From Botryllus schlosseri (taxonomy: Eukaryota), in NCBI GenBank assembly GCA_051294905.1, contig CM119379.1, positions 22,444,001-22,508,000 on the forward strand: a DNA stretch of 64,000 bases, given 5' to 3'. Every line of letters starts with the position of its first letter. The stretch's first letter is position 1. Shown here one piece after another: positions 1 through 12,000 of this stretch. A program made the translations under genes and the position numbers. Below the pieces are notes generated by a model. The model saw only the letters and a program-made list of their open reading frames with translations. It did no database searches and was not told the DNA's origin.

Positions 1-36
1 GATTTGGAAACTTGTAAATATCATCCTCTCTTGCAG

Positions 37-3000
37 GTGTCACAGCTCGAATCTCAAGGGCAATCCTTCGCTGTGCAAGTCGACGGTGTCAAGAGAATTG
101 TGAACTCGAATGCCGCCGGTCTCGCGCAACAATACTCGCAAGTTAACGGCCTCGTCGCGAAAGAATCCGAGTTTCAGGTTTCGTTGGAAAGAGTTGAACG
201 GGAGTTGTCCCGCATAGATACGCTGCAGGCAGACCTGACAACTGTCTCTGATAGGTATGATACTTTACCACGCAGACAGGTTAGTGTTCTAATCGTGGTA
301 AGGTATTTGGTGGGTGGGTGCTTTCAAAGTTCAATTCAATTTACTGTTAACAATTTCATTATTTCAATACACCACAAGACTGCGATACAAGGAAAGATAG
401 GAAACTGTCTGAACGACTTGGAGTGGTCTTCGAAATCAGACACCCACCTGACCCAGGCGATGTAAAAATGAGGCATGCACACTGAATGCAAAGTAAAAGC
501 AGATAATACAGAAGGTCTGGCGACAAAATGAGGTGACATGTGTCAGAGGATCGATATGTCAGTCTGTGGTCTGGTAAACTTGAGGGCTGAGCAGTATTGA
601 TTCAGTATAAATTGTTTGTATTTCGACTTGAATGTGGACATGCTCAACGACTGTCGGATAGCCGGCGAGATGCTGTTCCACACTGCAGGTGCGGCTTATT
701 TGATAGAGCGATGATCTTTTACGTCGACCAAATGGTACTTATGCATTTTTGATGCCGAGGTAAAGAAGTCATTGAAATTTTCGTGGCAGTGACCGCAGTG
801 GAACTGATGCATAAGCTTGGCTAGTTCTTGTTTACGCATATCGTTTATGTTAAGAACACTGAATCTTGCGGGCTTGCCGGCTGAATCTCGCTTCCCATGA
901 CATGCCGCCCTATTTCTTGTCACTTTCTTTTTCTATACTATCTTCTTTACTTTCATTCAGTGTGCATGCCTCCTCTTTACATCGCCTAGGCCAAGGTGGG
1001 TGTCAGATTCCATAGACTACTCCTTGTCGCTTCGACATCTTCCTGTCTTTTCATTGTATCGCATTTTTTGTGGTGTATTGAACTGATAAAATTGCTAATA
1101 AACCAATGATGATGATGATGATGCATATTGGCGAATAACACAAAACGACCACTGACACCCTAAATAGGTGCAAGATACGGCAATATGTTCAGTTTCCTCG
1201 TTATAGGGGCTCTCTTGCCGAGTTGTCATGATAATTTCATTTAGCGGAGTGATACCAAAACCACTTTCCACTGTGCAAAATCTGAATTCTGAAAAGTAAC
1301 TAGTAAATAAACTGGAGTGGAAGCAGCCTAGGAACATAACAAGTGTGCGAAACTTACTTGAGTATTCGGAAAAAGTTGAATTCGTTTGTTACCGGCCAAC
1401 TCCGATGATGACTTCCACTTCGTCTTCCGATAGGTTTAAAATAGTCCTCATCTAGCCTTATGTTCACTTTTTAGGACAGATAGCATTTCAGAGTCAGTTT
1501 CGAGGCATGGCATGCAGCTCGCGAGTCTCGACGCAAAGTCGAGCTACATCTACGACGAAGTAAACACCACCACTTACAGACTGCACGAGTTGATGTCCGA
1601 TTTCCACGATGGGAATCGAAGGCGATATGCTCGGGAGAGCGAATTGGTGGGCAGTATCGAGGATGCAAAGAGCTTGATTTCCCGAGTGAATTCGAGTGTC
1701 AGTTATAACCGGGTATGGACCCAAACTATTGAGGATCATAGGTGTAATAATCATATGAAATGTTCGAATATCTTTTCTGACCAAGGAATCTGTTGTTCCG
1801 GATAATTGGTGAAGTGTGGATAAGGATGAGTTTGGATTCTTTTTCAAATAGATGAAGTTTTTGTTAGAAGTGTATGCCATTCTTACGAAATTGATGTAAA
1901 AATGACATTTCTTTGATCCATTGGCTGTACCGTTGACGCTATTAACGTCCCGCTATTTCGTGCACAGGCCGGTATTCTCTCCGTCACTGCAGATCTATCT
2001 ATGAACAAGGCACAAATTGACAACGTTTCATCTGATATTGGTCAACTGAAGAGAGTTATGGGTGAGCTGAGTATTTTCTTGTGATTTCTTGCTGTATATT
2101 CAAAAAATTTAATGATGATGAACTTCATCACGAGACTGCGATACAATACAAGCACACAAACTAGTTGAAATGAGTTTATAGATAAGACACTCGTCTCTGC
2201 CTACGAACAGTATTAAAAAACATGAAGCGGCATGTGGAATGATCGACAATATTATAGTAACAATCATGCTCTGTAATTGTTATATTAAATATTCCATTGT
2301 ATTACTGACTGCATCTTAATATGGGCGGAAACAACAAATTATAGTTATAGTTGCAATGTGAATGACCATGCTTACAAATAATTTACTACATTCAATGTTT
2401 ATTATATAAGAGTCTAAGAGCAATTATATTCACTTTTCAAGCCACCGCCAAAGACCTACGTAACTTGGAAAATCGACTGCAAAAAAGTTTGAACAATATC
2501 TCAGGGGATGTTGAAGAAAATCTTCAATCAATACAAGTTTTTAGGCAAAACCTCGAACAGGTAGTCAATTCATAGCGGTTTGCGGTAGAATGTAACACGA
2601 AATATTTCCACACAGGAAAGTGACATGACAATGAACGCTGGTAACATGTAAACGATAAAATAATGTTAAATCGGAGTGTTCTTCGTTTTGATTACTGTTA
2701 TGATATTTCAAGCCTGAGGATTTTCTAGACTTCGTAAAGCGATTTTGATACCTTACAATCATTTTTGTGTGTTGCAATCATGTGTTCTTTTGAAATAAAG
2801 GAAATCAGTGACGAATATGAGTGACCAATAAAGTAAATTTTCATTTGTCAGATATTACTTGTGCTACTGTATCAGGATGATTTTGAGTCAGATCATATTC
2901 AATTTAATAAGTCATGCTTTTCAAAATCGTAACTATGAAAAAAATTCAAGAATAAAAACGTTGAGTCGTCTGCGATAATCTTTTCCATCTTCTCATAGTC

Positions 3001-6000
3001 AAGTCACAGCAAATGTTGCTAACAAAAATATTGGTGTTGTAATAATAAATCAATTGAAGTCTGTTCTTTCTGCTTTTTGAAAGGCATCTGAGGATATCCG
3101 TTCAGCCAGACAGCAAGATAGCGTTCAGGATTCATTGCTCGCGAATTTGTCAACATCTCTTCAAGCTCAAAACGGCTCGATTCATGATATTGTTCAGTGG
3201 AAAAGCGACATTACCTCTGAGCTTTCAGACATATTACGACATCGGAGAGCTTTTGAATCAAACTTCTCAATGTATAGACAGGATGCTCTAAGCACCACCC
3301 TCGATTGGTATGTCAATTCTTTTGATGGCAATAAAATACAATATTGCCATTGAGCATTGGTGCAATCTGACGAACAGTCACTTATCTTTGATTAGACGCA
3401 ATGATCCCATATAGACTGGATAGGTCATCTTGACAACAGCAACATTAGCACCCTTCTATTGTCACCAACAATATCACACAATCTGTCAGAGCATACACTC
3501 ACTGATAGCGTAATGGTGATGTGTCCGGCTTCTTGATCGGTAGGTCGTAGGTGCTATCCCCGGCCGGGTCAGACCAAAGACTCAAAAACTGGTATCCGCG
3601 TCCGAGGGTATCTCGCTAGGCGCTCAGCATTCATGGATGGCATGGATGAGCAAAAATGGTGGTGCAGACTAGATGACCTTACTTGAAAGGTCGTATCGCA
3701 TCTCCACCGTCAAAGCATCACGATGGCAGGGTTGTAACCAAGTCACAATGCTCCGAGTCACAAGTCAATCTCACTTTTATAGTTTTGACTCGAGTCAAGT
3801 CGAGTCATTTTTAATCACCACAGAGTCAAGTCCGAGTCCAAGTCATCGAGAAGAGGTTCGAGTCCGAGTCATGGTATTATGACTCGAGTCCGAGTCCAAG
3901 TCATTGTGTTGACCGCTCAGTTTCCAGTTTTTGTTAAACCCACTTTTATAACTCTGTTTGGTGACATCGAAGGGTTCGCGTTTATGATACACTAATTTTC
4001 CTCACTTTTAACAGTTCTGGTCGCATTTTCAAGTACCAATACCAATAGACGAAATCCCAATAGGGTGATGACTTTACTATTCTTCGAAATTACAATGAAA
4101 TCTCGGTCTTAGCCGTCTGAGTCTCGAGTCACATGACTTGGTTCGAGTCATGCGCAATGACTCGAGTCCGAGTCGAGTCAGTACACAGACTGACTCGAGT
4201 CGAGTCATTTCCGTATTTTGAGAAAATGACTCGAGTCAAGTCGAGTCATCAGAAAATCGTGACTCGAGTCGAGTCATAACTCGAGTCATTACAACCCTGC
4301 ACGATGGTGTGGTTGATGGTTACTTCAGTTTCCCAAAAAAGTAGGAGCACTACTTTGCGGACCTCCTCTGGTCTCTATCAGAATTAATTTTCGTATTCTG
4401 CCTTGTACTAGTGTGCACTTGGCTGTACCAATTGTAGCGATAAGCGAATATATCATGCTCACGGATACCCGTCATGTTGTAGGATAGAAACCTTAAAAGA
4501 GGAAATCTCAGAGGTGCGTCTATACGCGCAAGTTACGGATCGAAAAATGGATTCGGGACTCGCTAATCTTTCGTGCAGCATCCGCGATTTAGAAGCCAAC
4601 ACGCAAGTGAGTGGGTCAACTGGTCGTTGATCCATGTCTGGTTCGTTGTCGTCACACGAGTATACTTTTGTTCAGCAATCGATTCTTGGTATTGAAGAAA
4701 ACGTCACCGTCTTAGAACTGGGAGTAGATGAAAAACTTAATAGAGAACTTGGAATGTTGAAAATTAACCAACAGAATCTCACTGGCGCCGTCACCAGCTC
4801 CGAGCTATTGATCGACAAAGTGCAAGACGAATTGAATTTGTTGAAGGAATGGAAATCAATGAAGTTGAAAGAATCATCGTTGGCTCATCATTTCCGGTCG
4901 GAGATTATGAAAAAGGTTCGATTGATAGCTCATGGCAGGCTTGTAACCAAGTCACAAGTCAACCTCACGTTGATAGTTTTCACTCGAGTCAAGTCGAGTC
5001 ATTTTCGATTCACCACCGAGTCTAAGTCATTGTGTTTGCTGTGCAGTTTGACTTCAATCCTGTTCAGCCCTCTGTTCTCAACTCTGCTCGAGTGATAGGC
5101 CTATAAAATTGCTCGCATTCATAATATCGTAGTTTTCCTCAGTCTTAACAGTTTCTTTCCCGATTTTCCCAGCATCTGGACTGATAGACGAAATACCAAT
5201 AACGCGGTGACTTTACTATTCTTTGAAGTTACAATGAAATGTCTGTCTTGGCCGTCCTAGTCTTGAGTCATATGATTTGATTCGAGCCATGCGCAATGCA
5301 TTTGAAAAAATGACTCGAGTCAAGTCGAGTCACCATAAAATCATGACTTGAGTCGTTACAGCCCTGGTTGTTATTCAAGTAGAATTCGGTGTTATGCCCT
5401 CAGTTTTCACTCAATTACAAGTAGGTACAATACATGTATATTCACATTGAAACGAACCCGTATATTTTCGGCTGGCACTCGTCAGGGGTAGATTCTTCCA
5501 TAATAATAGTGTTGCATTAAACCTTGGACCAGATGACAGGTCGCTTGCAACTAGAAGAGGAAGAATTCATTGAAGAGCATGTACCAGACAACTGCACTGC
5601 TGATGATGTGGATGCGTCCACCATGATGTATGTCAGATTAGCAATGCTGGCGATTGACCAGGACATCTTATTGGCCAATCTGACCGGAGAGATTGTGGAG
5701 AACACAATTCAGATTGAAGGAAATGAAGTCCGAATGATGCAAAACTTTTCTGCAGTCCAACAAGATATCACTAGCTTGTAAGTAACTACTGTCTTGAATA
5801 AAACAGTATTGAAGCTTAAAGGGTATTCAAACACGAGACAAATGAATGCAATTGAATTTCCGGTAACTCGCCCTTGCCGATAAAATTGCTATTTTACTAC
5901 TCCAGATCAAAAGATTTGAACCAGTGTTCTGAACGAATAGACAATAGTTCGATGCACTTGGAAAAATCGCTGAATAACTACTCGAAGCTATCGTTTGTGA

Positions 6001-9000
6001 AGAACGCAGTTGAAAAAGTGATTTTATTTGTTAACAGTAAAATTGAAAATTTGGTATTGAGAACAAAGGTAAGTCGTTTCACTATTACCTATTCAAATCC
6101 TAGTCCCGTGCTCGCCTAGTAAAGCAAGCTACAGATTCCTCCATTATTTATATATAGAAAAGACACATCATGTAACAGTGGTAATGGTGTATATCTGGTA
6201 GCAAGCTATATCTATATGTTTACTACATGAAACATTCAATTCATCTTCTTCGACAGCAAGTTGAGAATTCCTCAAATAATATCGGGGAGAATCTCTCCGA
6301 GTTGACAAAGTTGGTGAAAGATTTGGACGCTGAAAATCAACAGGAATTGAAAAATGTTACGTCTCTGATGGCACATACCTTTAATCTCACCCAACAGCAA
6401 ATGATGGAAGTGACGTCCCGGGGCTTGTACTCATTGAATTCATCTCTCCGGATGAAAATATCTGAACTGGAAGCGTCTAACGTGCAGATGCAATTAGATT
6501 CGAAGGTAGGATCCTCTAATTTGGTTTAATAACGTATACTGCTATATGTCTGCCCAAAGTTTTTTCACGTGTATTGTACAAATTCATCCTCACATGTTTT
6601 CTTTGTTATTACTATTGCATACTTTGTGAAATCTGTTTGAGTCTCTCTGCTCATATGCTTGTTATTATGCCATAAACTTTTGATTAGCGGCGCATGAATA
6701 GTCTACGAGTTGAATGAATTTTTCTGAGTGCAGCCCCCGAACAGTATACACCAGTTGTCGGGAACCTACGGCTCGCGAGCCATATATGGCTCTTTTGGGT
6801 AAAATGTATGGCTCTTTGCCGAATTTTTATTTTTGTACCTCAATATTGCAGCAACTGCTTAGTAAATTTTTATCAGGGCAAGAATAGGCTAATTGTTGTC
6901 GTGGCTGTATAAACATGACAAGACAATGGCGTCTTCAGGGATAGAGGGTTGGGCCCCTTTTCGAAATCCTCAAATTCAAGTTGCTTTCGCACCAGCTACC
7001 AATACCACTCGCGAGTTCGATGCACCCGACATCGTGCGCCTCGAAATTTCGGATTGCACGATACGTTGATGGATCGAATGATCAAAAATAATAACAGTTA
7101 TCTTGACGCCTGTATGACAATGCAGGTTGCAAATACATATTGTCTTCCTGATCTACGGCGAGAAATGTGTTGCCGTGAAAGTGACATTTACTGTTTATGT
7201 TCTTGATGAGTAAGTAACTTGGTAGTATTGGCGTTAAAATGTTGGCGTGTTGCGCAACGTTATGTTACCGCCGAATAATTTGAGAATTGAGAAGTTGATC
7301 AATATTTAGATTTTCGGAATCAGTGCGACAGTTACATTCGATAATTATAAATTATAAGCTATTCATGATGAATTGCGCTGTCATGGATGAAGCTTCAGAT
7401 GTGGCGTCACATGTGCCTTACATCTCCTTTCGCGCTTTATTTTCGCACAATAAATATGCAAATTGCGTAATTTTTGGAGCAAGAATGTTCCAAATCTAGT
7501 CATTCTAAAACACCGGTAGAAAATACCAATATTCAGTAAAAGTTTCACAAATTTCGTTCAGTTGTCCTGACGACAGGTGATGCCCTTCCTCAGTTGCGTT
7601 CTCTGACCCCACGTCAGTGACGTATCACACCTCACAATGGGTATGTACTGCTGTAGTGACCATGTTTAGCTCCACCTACGCATGTGATCATGGGTCCTCA
7701 AATTGAAAATGAAGATCAAGATGAGCCTACGATCTCGTATAGCTGACCAAAGTGGATTCATACTTTTACTATTGTCTACATCTGTTGTAGATGGTAATTA
7801 TCTCAAGTTTAGGGTCGTATCGTATGACTTTCACCGTAATACAATTAAAAACATGTAGGTTAACTTGCAAAAGATCCATGTAACTCAAGTTTCGCATGCT
7901 CAATTTAGGCAACCAATAATGAGTAATAAAAGTTTTTACAGAGAAAAAGTGTGACGCTCACCACGAATTCCATGTAGTGCGATCGATGCTGTGGTGACGT
8001 CACAAATTTTTAATTGTGACGTAACAATGGAGTGACATATATGGCTCTTTGGGGGTTAAAATTGAAAATATAGGGCCAATATGGCTCTTCGGACGAAAAA
8101 GGTTCCCGACCGCTGGTATACACTAAGAATACCGGTGTAAAATCTCCCGCTGTTGCAGATCGTGGCTCTCAACACTACCGTGAGTGTGCTAACTGATCAC
8201 TTGGAAGATATCACTGGCCAATTCGCTACTATCGCCGATTACGTTCGCCAAATGCAAAACAGCAGCGGTGGTTTACCTGTCGCCAATGCCATGCTCTGCG
8301 GAAAAGATTCACCTTTCCTACGTTGGTGCCGGAAGAAATATATTACATCTATGAACAGAGAAGTAAAGTGAGTAATTTTGGAGGATTGCTTCTCAGACTC
8401 CTACATTAGGATAATAAGCATTCATCCTTGCTATACGAATGGCTTTCCTTGGTGGCAGGCTCCTGGTTTTCACTGAATAACCCAAGGCTGTAACCAAGTC
8501 ACAAGGTTCCGAGTCACAAGTCAATCTCACTTTTATAGTTTTGACTCGAGTCAAGTCGAGTCATTTTCAATTCACCACCAAGTCAAGTCCGAGTCAGTGA
8601 GTAGAGGGTCGAGTCCGAGTCATAGTGTTGTGACTCAAGTCCGAGTCTAAGTCATTGTGTTCACTGTTCAGTTTTGAGTTCAATCTAGCTCAACCCACTT
8701 TTTGCAACTCTGCTCGAGTGATATAGAATGGCTCGCATTCATAATATCGTAATTTTCATCAGTCCAAACTGTTTCTAACCCTATTTTCCAAGTATCAGTA
8801 CTGATAGACGAAATAACTCCGAAATAACTCTGAAGTTACAATGAAATGTCTGTCTTGGCCATCCTAGTCTCGAGTCATATGACTCGTTCCGAGTCATTAC
8901 AACCCTGGAATAACCGTTGTTGATATTTCATGTCTTGTACTTTAGCTATGTCAGGTATCGGGACCTGTTCCAATATTTGTACGATGAAACTCAACGATTG

Positions 9001-12000
9001 AAATATGTGCCTGAACGCATCGATTCTGTTTCTGAAAGGACGGAGACGGTCTCCAAACAGCAACAGTACTTTGAACTGGTCGTGCAACAAGTAAGAAATT
9101 ATTTGTTCTTATGTAATCGTCTCCATGATTTATCTTACCGCGTCCAATGTCAGCAGCACATGGGGTCAGTAACGAAGTACTTCTACTTAACAGTTGTCGG
9201 TATCTTGGGCGAAACTAGGCCTAGAATACTTATGTTTTTACTTACTTGGCATCGCTGCTTCTACACGTAATTGAGTGCCAGGAATGCTGTTTTGTTTCTG
9301 ACAGTACGTGGAATACCTGAACTCGAATATAGCAAATGTATCTGACGAATTGAAAGAAGCTGGAAATAGATCACGTGTAATCGACGCAATTCACGGTGGC
9401 AGATTGGATGTTCTTGAATCTCAAGCGATGATGACACAGCACACTATCGAAAACATCACCGAGAATATTTCTGATTTACATGATGCAGTCCGCCCGTTAT
9501 CGGTCATGCCTGAAGATATTACCGAACTAGAAAAAGATTTGGCGTACAGCACAGAAAAATTAGAGACCGCGGTGAGCCTTTAACGTTTTGACACAATCCG
9601 AATACCATGGGTTCTTGACCAGAGGCTTGTGAACGGTTTGGTAAGAAGGACCAAATCAGGGGGTATGAGATGCATTGGGGGATCAAACCTACATGATATC
9701 TAGAGAGACCAAACAACATGCCAAAGGTCTTTTTGATTTTAATATCATGAGATTTGTAGGAAAGGGACACGGGTTACAAGAGATTTTATTTAAAGCTCAA
9801 GAGATGCGAACGATTATGGTCAAGTCACAATGCCAATAGCGACCACAATGGGCCTGGCTCATTGTCTATATTTAGAAATTATGTATCTGTAATGTCACCA
9901 TTAAATCTTTTCCATTGCATTCCCTTGTAATTTTTGGTCTAGTGTATAAAATAATATACTAAACTAAACTTTCTTTATTCATATTACTATAGCATGGATT
10001 GGATTTTTCAGCCTGTTTCTTATCATACTGCATCCATCATTTTCATTTAATTATTATGCTTTTAGTTGAATCACAGCATCACTATCAATCGGAATAACTT
10101 GGATCATATCAACAAGAGCCAACATGAAAGGTCCAATGTGATTTTATCCCAAGCAAAGGAAATGTACGCCAATCTGCAGACTCATATGAATTTCCTGTGA
10201 GTTTGCTTGTTGACTTTTCAATGGATTTTGGGTCAATCGAGTGTGTTTTATTAGACTGTCATCTATCGAAGATCAGCAAACTTTGAACTATGGATTTTTC
10301 GAGTCAAAAATTTCTAATCAAGAGACAGACATTGAAAATCTTGTCAACTTTCGAGTGGATCTGGTGAAAGCCCTGCGAGTAAGATATTCGTGAAACTTAT
10401 TTATATTATCGGACAGTGATATTTGCTTTCGAATTAGTATGACCTACTCAGGTGTTTACAAAACCTGCTGATATAGGTGTCGACATGTCTTCGGATTTTC
10501 GTGTCAGCAAAATTGATTTGGGTCATTATTGTTTGTTTAGGATGTGTTCTGTCACACTTATGCAATAGTCAATATGTAATCAAGAGTGTCTATAAGCATT
10601 TTATCTTCAACATTCTTCTTCTTTTGAAGAAAGTAACGAGAGAAACCGTAATTGATCTTTTAAGTGTATTAAGTCGTGAAATTGTTAGGAGTAATGGTGA
10701 CATTTTTACGCCATTTCCACTTCTTTATTTCTGTCAAAACTACTTTTATAGTAGAGTCCCTTGTTCCAATACGTTTTGTGATCATTTAACGGCAAGATTT
10801 TACTCCGACCCACATGCACACATGTAGATTGCTGTGCTGCGGCATATTCATCCTTACTGTGTCTTACACTACACACTAAACAACTCTTTGTATTCCTGGA
10901 AGAATATTCAAAAAGCATTCTTGCCATTTATGGCGACCAAAGACAACCGTACAGCTGAAGAGGGTACAAACGCTGGCATGGTTGTGACACGATTTATAGG
11001 TGCTCTGCAAAAACATATGAACGGAACGCAAGATGCATTGACAAATGTAATGACAGCTTTACGGAAATTTAGCAACACAATCTCGTATCAGGACCAATTA
11101 CTCATCAAGGTGACTTAATTTCCTTACTAGGATACATTTTTCGGAATAACTGGTTTGCCTAGCGCGACAAATGCACAAGTTCATTCATTTTTGCGCTGTT
11201 GCGCGGTGATTTGTACGCATAGGTAATTAGTTTTCTACATCTTTACGCTTTCAGATAAACGAAATTGAAGAAGGTTTCAACGAAAGTTTGATTGCGAATA
11301 CAAAAAGTATCACTAGCTTGACGCATCAGGCCGATGTCCAAGCTTACAAGACCGAAAATGCGCTGCAGTCGGCCTTAACCTGGTTTAATATCACCAACCA
11401 GAATGCGTCTGAAAAGATTCTGGCCAACCGCTATCTCATTGATAGTCTTCAAAATGAGGTTTGCCGCCACTGAATATTGTTTGAATGTTTTTCTACATTG
11501 TTTAGCGGAATATATATCCACTGGTGCTGTGAATTATTACTTCATTACCCATGTACGATATATTGTACCTTCATAGTGATATTTCAGCTCGAAGTCGACT
11601 GCAAGCAACTGAATGAAAGCGTATTGTCAACATTTGAAAAGATTACCGCTGTTGAATCTGTTACAATTCAAAACGACATAGAGCTGAGGTCTTTGTTATT
11701 GAAATCACACAATGAATCGGCAGCCAGGAGTGATTCCATTGAAGAAACATTGAATATTGAAGTAATGGAACTTGAAAAAGGTCTGAAAAAGGTATGCTAC
11801 GTCGTAATAATAATATAGTTAGTTATTTCATGACTGCTACTGTTTTGAGATTATTATCACCACAGATACATAGGCCTACACATAAGTTAGATTTAATATT
11901 TCATGCTGATCGACATCCTAGACTCATTTCCACTTTTGTGAATATTCGGCGCAAACTTTCCACATGATATCTCTGGAATTTTATTTTAAGTGCCTTGAAA

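Noticed and set aside
3517-3600. tRNA gene
   Set aside because: Only a degenerate B-box-like SINE head is present, and no cloverleaf can be drawn.
3673-3882. Ser/Arg-rich ORFs here and at 49038-49379 and 49389-49640
   Set aside because: They are translations of the GACTCGAGTC MITE, not genes.
3790-4290. GACTCGAGTC(A)AGTCGAGTC arrays as a possible CRISPR
   Set aside because: There are no regular unique spacers, the context is a eukaryotic intron, and the arrays are bounded by hAT TIRs and an 8-bp TSD.
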